This document shows, one piece after another, positions 43,187 to 51,552 of a stretch of DNA of 64,000 bases. Under the pieces are notes generated by a model. That model was not told the origin of the DNA, did not search any database, and saw nothing but the letters and a program-made list of their open reading frames with translations. Within the stretch, counting starts at the first letter, position 1. Every line of letters begins with the position of its first letter. Source of the stretch: Thermoanaerobaculia bacterium (GTDB taxonomy: Bacteria > Acidobacteriota > Thermoanaerobaculia > Multivoradales > Multivoraceae); assembly GCA_963666565.1 (NCBI GenBank), contig OY762911.1, positions 1,376,001 through 1,440,000 of the forward strand, written 5' to 3'. The translations under genes and the position numbers were made by a program.

Positions 43187-44566
43187 TTACTCGCGCGGGA
43201 TGCCGTGGCGCTTCCGGTAGGCCGCCATGCGCGTCTCGATGGCCTCGCGGCTCAGTCCGAAGCTCTCCGGTTCGTAGACGTGCCGCCCGTAGCGGTGCTG
43301 CACGTTGCGGCTCGCGGTCCGCTCGGCGGCTCGGAGCGCGTCCGGTCCGAAGGGGATGCCGGTCCGCTCGCAGACCTGGTGCAGCACCGCCATCGGTTCG
43401 CGGACCAGGTCGTAGTAGGAGACGTCGACGAACCGCCGCGGATCCGCGGACGCCCGGACGCTCGCGGCGCGCTCGACCAGGCGGCACGTCTTGGCGAACC
43501 AGTGCGCGCCGATCTCCCGCGAGTCGACCCGGTCGCTGAACAGTCCGCGGGCGTGCGCGACCATGCTGCAGAAGGAGGGGATGGACTTCCGCGGATCGCG
43601 GTGGGTGCGAACGATCGTGGCGGTCGGGAAGACGTCGAGAGCGACGTCCAGGTACTCCATGTGATGCGGCGTCTTGAGCACCCAGTGAAGGCGAGGCCGT
43701 TGCCATTGCAGGATCTGGAGCAGGGTGCGGAACTCCTCGTATGCGCGTGCATGGTCCGGCCAGGATCTGCCTGAGGGGGCTTGTGTGCGGGTGGCCTCGT
43801 ACGCGCGCGCATGGTCCCGGCTTGATGCCGGCGGGGACGCGGGCGCGCCCTGGGCCTCGTGCGCGTGCGTACGATCCCGGCCTTCCAGCCAGCGGGCGTA
43901 GGCGGGCACGTGCATCGTCGCCTCCGCCGACTGGCTCATGAAGGACACGTCGAGCAGCAGCACGTCCTCCTCCGGTGCGTCGTGTTCGGCGGGATGGACG
44001 GCGAAGAAGGCGGGCGCCAGGTAGGCGACGGCCCGCTCGGCGATCAGGGCCTGCCGGATCCGGGCGTGAGGATCGCCCGGTTCCTCGCGCGGCAGGGGCA
44101 GCGGGTTCAGACCCTCCCAGGCCGCGATGGCGCGCATCTCCGGGAGCGAGGCGAGCAACCGGTGCAACGTGGTGGTGCCGGTCCGCTGCAGGCCGGCGAT
44201 GAGGACGATCGGGCCGAGTTCGATGTCCCGAATCTCCGGCCGGCGGCGGAGGAGTTCCTCGACCCGCAGGCGCGTCGCCAGCGCTCCCTCGATCCGCCGC
44301 CGCTGGATCAGCCGGCCGAGGAGCGTGAGGTCGGCTTCCTCGTCGATGGAGCGGACGAGGACGGAGAGCGGTTCCATGAACCAGTCGTCGCCGAAGCTGG
44401 ACAGGCCGGTCTTCCTTCGGGCCTTCGCGACCATCGAGTCGACGTCGAGCCGCCCGCTTGCGCCGAGGCGTCCCGCGGCGCGACCGGCCGCGTTCAACAG
44501 CGCGACGGGGAGCGGCCGGTAGGGCCGCTCGTAGTCGGTCGGCGTCTCGCTTACCCGCTTCGCCAT
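43187..44566 (-). CDS. Sulfotransferase (Sulfotransfer_3 / Stf-like)
   Basis: PAPS-binding GLQRTGTT.LH.LL, WVLKTP.H, THRDP....S..S, Y.DLV..P; 40-aa tandem-duplication insertion. Confidence 0.9.
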   Translation of the reverse strand: MAKRVSETPTDYERPYRPLPVALLNAAGRAAGRLGASGRLDVDSMVAKARRKTGLSSFGDDWFMEPLSVLVRSIDEEADLTLLGRLIQRRRIEGALATRLRVEELLRRRPEIRDIELGPIVLIAGLQRTGTTTLHRLLASLPEMRAIAAWEGLNPLPLPREEPGDPHARIRQALIAERAVAYLAPAFFAVHPAEHDAPEEDVLLLDVSFMSQSAEATMHVPAYARWLEGRDRTHAHEAQGAPASPPASSRDHARAYEATRTQAPSGRSWPDHARAYEEFRTLLQILQWQRPRLHWVLKTPHHMEYLDVALDVFPTATIVRTHRDPRKSIPSFCSMVAHARGLFSDRVDSREIGAHWFAKTCRLVERAASVRASADPRRFVDVSYYDLVREPMAVLHQVCERTGIPFGPDALRAAERTASRNVQHRYGRHVYEPESFGLSREAIETRMAAYRKRHGIPRE

Positions 44567-44621
44567 CGGTCCGAGCCGTGGCCGGCGCATCCAGCAGGGC
44601 GGAACCCGGTCCGGCGCACGG

Positions 44622-45815
44622 TCAACCGCGGGAAGCCTTCAGGTCGGCCAGCTTGACGACCCGGGTCGCCGGCTCCGGGTGCTCCTCGGCGCGGATCCAC
44701 CGGAAGCACATGGTCCCCGAGGAGTGGCCGGCCGTGTCGAGCCAGTTCGGGAATCCGGGATCCTCGTGTGCTACCACCAAGCGCACGGAACCGTCGGGCT
44801 CGTACTCCGCCAGATGCTTGTTCGTGTGGATCGTGTGGTAGCGGTAGTCCAGCGACTCCATCCAGTAGTTGTTGAGCTGGAAGTTCCAGTGCTCGCATTC
44901 CGGCGGCGTGGCCTCGATGACCAGCGCCTCGTCCTCGGCCAGCCGCCAGTGCGAGTGGTAGTAGGCGATGTTCGGGTCGCCGCCGGCCTGGTTCGACGTC
45001 TCCTGGTCGAAGCGGGGCAGCCTGTTCGAGTGCTTCTGGAAGTCGCGCGCCCACTTCGCGAACAGGAGCGAGGCGCCGGCGACCAGGGTGCTCGCCGAGC
45101 GCAGCCCCTCGTCGACCTGGGCCGGCGTCAGGGGCGCCGGACGCTTCTCTTCAGGAGCGCAGTCGATCCGCTCGATGCGGAGCTCGGCCGGGACCTCCGT
45201 TCGCCGGTCGAGAAAGGTCTGGCGCACGATGAGCATGCCCGTGTCGGGCTTCATCGGCAGCCAGTTGCCCTCCTGCTGTTCGCAACTGAGGATCAGCTCG
45301 AATCCGCCCTCGTCGTCCATCTCGAGTTCCGCGGCCTCGACGTAACCGGTCGGCGGCAGGCCGCCGCCCTGGCCGTAGTGGCCGGCCTGGGTGCCGAAGC
45401 CGAGGTAGGCGACCGTGTTGCGGCGTCCGACGATCCGGTACTCGTACTCGCCCGAGAGCGCGGCCGTCAGGTAGTGGTTGTCCGGGTTGTCGGCGCCGAG
45501 CTTGACCGTCTCGTGCGCGACCCGGTGAAGGACCGGCGCCCGCGGGTCGGCGTGCTCGACGAAGGCCATCAGGCCGGCGCGCGCCAGCCGGCTGAGATAG
45601 CGGTAGCCCTCGGCCTGGTTGAAGGCGTCGCGCGGCGTTCCCGGGAAGTTCAGCGACGCGCCGGCGGCCTTCAAGGTGTCGCAGAACTCGTCCCAGGCGC
45701 GGCCGGAGACCACCCGCTGCGCCGCGACATCGTCCTCGGACTGGCCGCGGAGCTTCCGGATCGCCAGCGATACACGGCGAAACAGCGCAAGCAGGGCGAT
45801 CGCGAGCTTTCTCAT
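44622..45815 (-). CDS. DUF1214-like protein
   Basis: AEGYRYL.R, DNPD..Y, EY.I.G.R, W.L..DEALVI, WNFQL.N.W.ESLDY, VVAH.DPG.PNWLDT.GH..G...RW. Confidence 0.85.
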   Translation of the reverse strand: MRKLAIALLALFRRVSLAIRKLRGQSEDDVAAQRVVSGRAWDEFCDTLKAAGASLNFPGTPRDAFNQAEGYRYLSRLARAGLMAFVEHADPRAPVLHRVAHETVKLGADNPDNHYLTAALSGEYEYRIVGRRNTVAYLGFGTQAGHYGQGGGLPPTGYVEAAELEMDDEGGFELILSCEQQEGNWLPMKPDTGMLIVRQTFLDRRTEVPAELRIERIDCAPEEKRPAPLTPAQVDEGLRSASTLVAGASLLFAKWARDFQKHSNRLPRFDQETSNQAGGDPNIAYYHSHWRLAEDEALVIEATPPECEHWNFQLNNYWMESLDYRYHTIHTNKHLAEYEPDGSVRLVVAHEDPGFPNWLDTAGHSSGTMCFRWIRAEEHPEPATRVVKLADLKASRG

Positions 45816-45832
45816 CGTTCCTTCTCCCGCCG

Positions 45833-46306
45833 TCAGTCGGCGGGACCGACCGGCGTGCCGTAGGGAACCGGCGGTTCGCGCTCGTGCGTCGGGCCGAGGG
45901 CAACGATGCGCCAGCGTCCGCGGAAGACGCGCAGGTCGAGGTCCTGCGTCTCGTAGCTCGCTTCCCGCACGTACTCGACGTCGAGCCGCACGGTGTCGCC
46001 CAGGTCCTCCTTGCCGGTCACGGCGACCCCCTTGAGGCCGGCGACGCGCTGGCGGAGGTACTGCCGGAAGGCGGCATCCCCCATCTCGTCGCGCACCGTC
46101 TCCAGTTGTTCGCGGACCTCGCCGGTGAAGAGGTCGAGGTAGGCACCGGCCTCTCCCTCGCGGCTGACGTCGATCATCTGCCAGAAGACGTCGCTCGGAT
46201 CGCCCGCATCCGTCCCGCGCTCCGGCAGCCGGTCGCGCAGCGCCGCGAGCAGGCCGGCCGCGAGCACCGCGACGGTCAGCGCGGTCGCGCCCAGGTTGCG
46301 GCTCAT
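45833..46306 (-). CDS. Small membrane-anchored hypothetical protein (NTF2/DUF4878-like fold suspected)
   Basis: N-terminal TM; AYLDLFTG, GRWRIV; starts 2 nt after the hflK stop. Confidence 0.7.
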   Translation of the reverse strand: MSRNLGATALTVAVLAAGLLAALRDRLPERGTDAGDPSDVFWQMIDVSREGEAGAYLDLFTGEVREQLETVRDEMGDAAFRQYLRQRVAGLKGVAVTGKEDLGDTVRLDVEYVREASYETQDLDLRVFRGRWRIVALGPTHEREPPVPYGTPVGPAD

Positions 46307-46308
46307 CT

Positions 46309-47241
46309 TCACGGCTGGCCGTTCGCCCCGGGCGTCAGCTCCCGGCGGAGGAAGTCGATGTCGATCGTGCTCTGGCCGGGCTCCAGGATCGTCTTCCGCA
46401 TGCGGGGAAGGACCCGCTCCATCGTCTCGAGATAGGTGCGCGTGCGGATCTCGGCGCGCGCCCCCTGGTCGGCGTTCGCGATCGAGCGGAACCGGTCGGC
46501 TTCGCCGGTCGCCCGCTCGACTTCGGCGGTGCGGAAGCTCTCGGCTTCGGCCGTGAGGGCGCGCGCTTGGCCCCGCGCCACCGGCACGACCTCGTTGCGG
46601 TAGCTCTCGGCCTCGCGGATCAGCCGGTCGCGGTCCTCGCGCGCGCTGGCGACGTCGTTGAACGCCTCCCGCACGAGACTCGGCGGGCTGACGCCCTCGA
46701 GGCTCGCGGAGAGGACGGTGACGCCGGTCCCGAAACGATCGAACAGCTCCTGCGAGGCGGCCTGGACGCTCTGCTGCACCGCGACCTTGCCGGTCGTCAG
46801 CAGCTCGTCGACGCCCATGCCGGCGACCACTTGGAGCAGGGCGCTGCGCCCGCTGGTCTCGAGCAGCGAGTCTGTGTCCGCGAAGCGCAGCGAGTAGGCA
46901 AGCGGATCGTGGATCGCGTAGAGGACGACGAGCCGCACGTGGACGACGTTGCGGTCGCCGGTCAGCCAGCGCGCCTCGGCCGGCGTCGCGTCGCCGCCCA
47001 GCACGCGGTCGGCCGCGGCGAAGCCGAGGGTCAGCCGCTTCGCTTCGCGCACCTTCAGCTTGTCCACCCGGCCGACGGGCCGCGGCCAGTTCCAGTGCAG
47101 GCCCGGCCCCGCCGGGGTCGCGCCGGCCCGACCGAGAACGCGCACGACGGCCTCCTCGTCCGGCGCGACGAAGTAGACGCCCCAGGCCAGCCACATCAGC
47201 GCCAGGGTCAGCGCCGCGGCCGGGACGGCTCGGAACTTCAC
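46309..47241 (-). CDS. hflK: HflK-like SPFH protein
   Basis: GVYFV.PDE.AVV, GPGLHW.WP.PV, LTGD.N.V, PP..V.EAF.DV.SARED..R.I.EAE.Y.N, R.YLETME.VL. Confidence 0.88.
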   Translation of the reverse strand: MKFRAVPAAALTLALMWLAWGVYFVAPDEEAVVRVLGRAGATPAGPGLHWNWPRPVGRVDKLKVREAKRLTLGFAAADRVLGGDATPAEARWLTGDRNVVHVRLVVLYAIHDPLAYSLRFADTDSLLETSGRSALLQVVAGMGVDELLTTGKVAVQQSVQAASQELFDRFGTGVTVLSASLEGVSPPSLVREAFNDVASAREDRDRLIREAESYRNEVVPVARGQARALTAEAESFRTAEVERATGEADRFRSIANADQGARAEIRTRTYLETMERVLPRMRKTILEPGQSTIDIDFLRRELTPGANGQP

Positions 47242-47377
47242 TCGGCGGCTCCGTCCAGCCGGATCGGCGTCATCGTCGGCACGGCGGCTTGAATGGCGCG
47301 ACGCCTCACTCGGCGCCTCCGTCCAGCCACATCGGCGCCAGTGTCGGCACGGCGGCTTGGATGGCTCGGAACTTCAT
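47238..47377 (-). repeat. Two 68-bp tandem duplications of the hflC/hflK junction, each a 23-aa mini-ORF
   Basis: ATG 47377-TGA 47306 (MKFRAIQAAVPTLAPMWLDGGAE); GTG 47309-TGA 47238 (MRRRAIQAAVPTMTPIRLDGAAE); both resemble the hflK start and hflC end. Confidence 0.85.
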
Positions 47378-48444
47378 TCGGCGCCTCCGCCCAGCAGGGA
47401 GAAGAGTTCCGAGTCCGCCGACAGGATGACCGTCGTCTGGTCGTCGAGGATCGACTCGTAGGACTCGAGAGTCCGCAGGAACCGGTAGAGGGACGGGTCC
47501 TGCCGGTAGGCGTCGCCGTAGATGCCGGCCGCCTCGGCGTCGCCCTGGCCGCGGAGGATCTCGGACTCGCGGTAGGCGCCGGCGAGGATCAGTTCCCGGT
47601 CCCGGTCGGCTTCGGCGCGGATGATCATCGCCTGTTCCTCGCCCTGGGCCCGGTACTCTTTGGCGATCCGTTCGCGCTCGGCCCTCATGCGCGCGAAGAC
47701 GGACTCCAGGTTCTGCTCCGGGAAGCTCAGGCGGGTGAGTTGGACTTCGAGGATCTCGACCCCGAGCTGGGGGAGGGAGACGGCGACCGCGGACTCTCGG
47801 ACCTCGGCCGAGACCTTCTCGATCCGCAGTTTCTTCGGCTCGGTCGACACGAGTTGGGAGAGCTCCGTGCGGCCGAGCGCAGCCGCGAGGCCGGCCCAGA
47901 CCACGTCGTGAAGCCGCATCTCGGCGCCGGAGCGGTCGCCGATCGTCTCCAGGAACCGCGCCGGATCGGCGATCCGCCAGACGACCGCGGTGTCGACGAC
48001 CAGGTTCTTCTTGTCCTGGGTCAGGAACTCGGCCGGCGCCGGATCGTAGAGGAGCACCCGGTTGTCGAAGCGGAGCCGCCGGTCGATCGGCCACTTGAGC
48101 TTGAGGCCCGGCTCCTCGATCGTGCGGACCGGCTTGCCGAACCGGGTGACGATCGCGCTCTCGGTCTCCGGCACGACGAAGACGGACCGGGCCAGCGCGA
48201 CGATCGCCAGTACGGCCAGGCCGGCGTGCCACCAGGCGGTTCGGCGCGGCGAAGGCTCGTGCCCGTTGCCGCCGTCGCGAGGCTGGGCCTCGTTGTGGCG
48301 GCGCGTTCCGTCGTGGCGGTTCGCTCCGTCGTGGCGGCGTGTTCCGTCGTCGCTGTTCGCGCCGGCGGATCTGGGCGCGCGGGCATCCTTGCCCGCGTCC
48401 GCGTGGTGAGGGTCGTGGTGCTGATGATGGTCGTCGTGGGTCAT
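47374..48444 (-). CDS. hflC: HflC-like SPFH protein with His-rich N-terminus
   Basis: FVV.ETE.AIVTRFGKP, EPGL..KWP, FLT.DKKNL.VD, WRI.DP..F, RM.AERER.A..YRA.G.E, RG.GDAEA, F.RTLESY; N-terminus MTHDDHHQHHDPHH. Confidence 0.92.
   Translation of the reverse strand: MTHDDHHQHHDPHHADAGKDARAPRSAGANSDDGTRRHDGANRHDGTRRHNEAQPRDGGNGHEPSPRRTAWWHAGLAVLAIVALARSVFVVPETESAIVTRFGKPVRTIEEPGLKLKWPIDRRLRFDNRVLLYDPAPAEFLTQDKKNLVVDTAVVWRIADPARFLETIGDRSGAEMRLHDVVWAGLAAALGRTELSQLVSTEPKKLRIEKVSAEVRESAVAVSLPQLGVEILEVQLTRLSFPEQNLESVFARMRAERERIAKEYRAQGEEQAMIIRAEADRDRELILAGAYRESEILRGQGDAEAAGIYGDAYRQDPSLYRFLRTLESYESILDDQTTVILSADSELFSLLGGGAE
48371..48396 (+). repeat. REP-like element (hairpin-1 variant C) inside hflC 5' region
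   Basis: CTGGGCGC GCGGGCA TCCT TGCCCGC. Confidence 0.7.
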
Positions 48445-51400
48445 TGCTCTACCTCGTTCTGGCCCGAGCCCGGTGGAGGAACGAAGACATCGAGGAGGCG
48501 GTTCGGCGTTTCGTCGACGAAGACGAAGCGCTTGCGGCCGCCGGTCGCGTCGGTGATCAGTTTCGGTTTGCCGGCAAGCGAGCCTTCGATCGTCCGGAGC
48601 TGGAGCCGGAACCGGTGCAGGTCGTTCGCACGCCGGTAGGCTGCGGCGCGCAGCGCGAAGCGTTCGCTCTCGCCGCGGCCGGCCTCTACGCGCCGGTTCC
48701 GGTAGGCCTCGGCTTCGAGGAGTTGCCGGCGCGCTTCCCCGCGGGCGATCGGCAGGCGCTCGAGCGCGTAGCCCTCGGCCTCGTCGATCAGGGTCTCCCG
48801 CTCCTCGAGCGCGCTGGCCGCGTCACGGAAGGCGTCGACGACGTCGAGCGGCGGGTGGGCGTCCTGCACGGTCGCGCTCACCACCTCGACGCCCGCGCCG
48901 AGGCTCTCGAGCATCGCTTCGAGATGCCCGTGCCAAGCGTCTTCGATGCCGTCGCGCCTGCCGGTCAGCACGTCGTCGAGTGAGTGGCCGGCGAGCACGG
49001 TGCGCAGCGACCGCTCGGCGCTCGTCTCGACCAGTCGCGCCGGATCGGCCGCGGCGAAGGCGAAGGCGGCGGTGTCGGCGACCCGGTAGTGGATCCGGGC
49101 CGCGACCTCGACCAGGTTCTCGTCGCCGGTCAGCATCAGGCGTTCGAGCGGCGGCGTCTCGTCGAAGCCGGCGTGACGCACGTTCCACTCGTAGCTCGGC
49201 GCCGCGTCGCCGTCGGCGGATGCGGCGTCTCGCGGCGAACCGACCGCCGCCATCCGCAGGCGATTCGGTTCGACGCGGGTCATCCGGTCCACCGGCCAGG
49301 GGAAGCGCCAGTGCAGGCCGGGTCCGAGTTCGCCACCGACGTGGCGGCCGAAGCGCTGCACGAGTCCGACTTCCCGGGGCTCGATCGTGCGAAGGCCGGT
49401 CGCTGCCCAGAGTGCGACCAGCGCGAACGGCGCCGCGCGCAGCAGCCGCGGTGCCGCGGACCGGATCCGCGCCGGGCTGTCTTCGAGCGCGTGTTCGAGG
49501 CGGTGGACCGCCGTGCGCCGGCCGGCGTTCCAGGCGTTCCAGCCGGCGGCCAAGCCGTCCACCGGACCCGCGAGAACCGGGAAGCGGCGCCAGCCGTGGC
49601 CCTCTCGCGCGGCCACCGCCCGCCCCTCGTAGAGGAGGCGGACGCAGTTCAGGATGACGAGCAGCGACGCCGCCTGGTGGACGATCGCCGCCGCGGCCGG
49701 GGGCAGCCAGCCGAAGGCGGCAAAGCCGACGGCGACGAAGTTGATGCCGAAGGCGAAGATCAGGATGCTGCTGCGGATGCGGGCGACGACGCGGCGGGCG
49801 TAGCGGAGCAGGGGCGCCAGATAGTCGAGCCGGTCGGGCAGCAGCACGACCTGGGCCGCCTCGGCCGAGAGGTCGGCGGCGCCGTGGCCGAATGCGGCGC
49901 CGACGGACGCGGCGGCGAGGGACGGCGCGTCGTTGATCCCGTCGCCGACCATGAGGACGTTGCGGCCGCCGCGGGAGAGCTCGCCGAGCCGGCCTACCTT
50001 GTCTTCGGGCAACAGTTCCGCCTGGACCTGGTCGATGCCGGCCCGGCGGCCGATCGTGCGTGCCGTTCCCGCGGCGTCGCCGGTCAGCATGACGATCGGA
50101 TCGACTCCGGCCTGCCGCAGGTCGGCGACGGCGCAGGTCGCTTCGTCCCGGAGCGGATCGGCGAGGGCAAGCGCGCCGCCGATCGCGCCGTCGATGGCGA
50201 CGGCCAGCCGCGTCTCGCCGCTTCCCGGAGTCGGCACGACGCTCTCGGCCACGGCTTCCATCCCGTCTTCGCCGACGACCTCCGCCAGCAACGCCTGGTT
50301 GCCGACCGCGATCTCGTGCCCGTCGACGGTGGCCGTCACGCCGCGGCCGGGATGGAGTCTGAAGCTCTCGGGCTCGGCGAGATCGAGCCGCCGCTCGCGG
50401 GCCTCGGCGACCAGCGCCCGGCCGAGCAGGTGCTCGGACGTCAGTTCGGCGCTCGCGGCGAGCCGGAGCAGGCGATTCTCGGCCATGTCGCCGGCGGGCG
50501 CGATCGCGGTCAGCGCCGGCCGTCCGCAGGTCAGCGTGCCCGTCTTGTCCAGCACGCAGGCGTCGATGCGCGACAGCGACTCGATCACGTCGCCGCCCTT
50601 GACCAGCGCGCCCTCGCGCGCCAGCCGGGCGATCGCCGAGGCCATCGCCGCCGGCGTCGCCAGCACCAGGGCGCACGGGCAGGCGACGATCAGCGCCGCC
50701 ACCGTGCGCATCATCTCGCCGGTGAAGAGGTAGATGCCGCCGGCGGCGACCAGCACCGCGGGCAGGAAGTAGCGGGCCAGCTTGTCCGCCGTGCGCACGA
50801 CCCGGGCGCGGCGGCTCTGCGCGTCCTCGATCAGGCTCGCGATCCGGGCGACGGTCGTGTCGCTGCCGGTCCGCTCGGAGCGGATGTCGAGGACGCCGTA
50901 CTCGTTCAGGCTGCCGCTCCACACCGCGTCGCCGACGGCGAGCTGGGCGGGCAGCGGCTCGCCGGTGACGCTGCTCTGGTCGACGGACGACGTGCCGCGC
51001 TCGATCGTCCCGTCCACCGGCACGCGCTCGCCGGCGAGCACGCGCACGAGGTCCCCGATCTCGACCTCGCCGAGCGCCACGAGCTCTGCGGTTTCCCCGG
51101 TGCCGTCGCGCAGCACACGCGCCTGCTCGGGCTGGCTGGCGACGAAGCCGGCGATCGCCCCCTTGGCGCGGTCGACCGTCCAGTGCTCGATGCCCTCGCC
51201 GATCAGCATGATGAACATGACCTCGGCGGCGGCGAAGTACTCGCCGATCCACACCGCGGCGCCCGCCGCGATCGCGATCGTCAGGTGCGACGAGAAGTGC
51301 CCCTGGAGCAGGTCGAGGATCGCGTGGCGGATGAGCGGATAGCCAGCGACCAGGGTGAGGACGAGCGCCAGGTCGATGCCGGCGACGGTGCGGACGACCC

Positions 51401-51536
51401 CGAGCAGGTAGAGCAGCAGCAGGACGCCGACGGCGACGCAGAGCGCGACGTAGCCGATCCGCTGCAGCAGCCCGTGGCTGTGCGAGTGGCCGTGGCCGTC
51501 GTCGTGGCCGTGAACCTGGAAATTGGGCGCGCCCAT
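48441..51536 (-). CDS. P1B-type heavy-metal ATPase fused to C-terminal HflK-like SPFH domain
   Basis: His-rich N-terminus; TGE, ACPCALVLATP, DKTGTLT, SEH, MLTGD, GDGINDAP; then TM + GLVQRFG, GPGLHWRFPWPV, MLTGDENLV, HPP.DVVDAFRD..SA.E, EAE.Y; single ORF of 1031 aa. Confidence 0.92.
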   Translation of the reverse strand: MGAPNFQVHGHDDGHGHSHSHGLLQRIGYVALCVAVGVLLLLYLLGVVRTVAGIDLALVLTLVAGYPLIRHAILDLLQGHFSSHLTIAIAAGAAVWIGEYFAAAEVMFIMLIGEGIEHWTVDRAKGAIAGFVASQPEQARVLRDGTGETAELVALGEVEIGDLVRVLAGERVPVDGTIERGTSSVDQSSVTGEPLPAQLAVGDAVWSGSLNEYGVLDIRSERTGSDTTVARIASLIEDAQSRRARVVRTADKLARYFLPAVLVAAGGIYLFTGEMMRTVAALIVACPCALVLATPAAMASAIARLAREGALVKGGDVIESLSRIDACVLDKTGTLTCGRPALTAIAPAGDMAENRLLRLAASAELTSEHLLGRALVAEARERRLDLAEPESFRLHPGRGVTATVDGHEIAVGNQALLAEVVGEDGMEAVAESVVPTPGSGETRLAVAIDGAIGGALALADPLRDEATCAVADLRQAGVDPIVMLTGDAAGTARTIGRRAGIDQVQAELLPEDKVGRLGELSRGGRNVLMVGDGINDAPSLAAASVGAAFGHGAADLSAEAAQVVLLPDRLDYLAPLLRYARRVVARIRSSILIFAFGINFVAVGFAAFGWLPPAAAAIVHQAASLLVILNCVRLLYEGRAVAAREGHGWRRFPVLAGPVDGLAAGWNAWNAGRRTAVHRLEHALEDSPARIRSAAPRLLRAAPFALVALWAATGLRTIEPREVGLVQRFGRHVGGELGPGLHWRFPWPVDRMTRVEPNRLRMAAVGSPRDAASADGDAAPSYEWNVRHAGFDETPPLERLMLTGDENLVEVAARIHYRVADTAAFAFAAADPARLVETSAERSLRTVLAGHSLDDVLTGRRDGIEDAWHGHLEAMLESLGAGVEVVSATVQDAHPPLDVVDAFRDAASALEERETLIDEAEGYALERLPIARGEARRQLLEAEAYRNRRVEAGRGESERFALRAAAYRRANDLHRFRLQLRTIEGSLAGKPKLITDATGGRKRFVFVDETPNRLLDVFVPPPGSGQNEVEQ

Positions 51537-51552
51537 CAGGAGGGTGCGGCGC

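Noticed and set aside
47238-47390. 68-bp periodic repeats as a mini CRISPR array
   Set aside because: Whole units are homologous to the hflC end and hflK start; there are no unique spacers.
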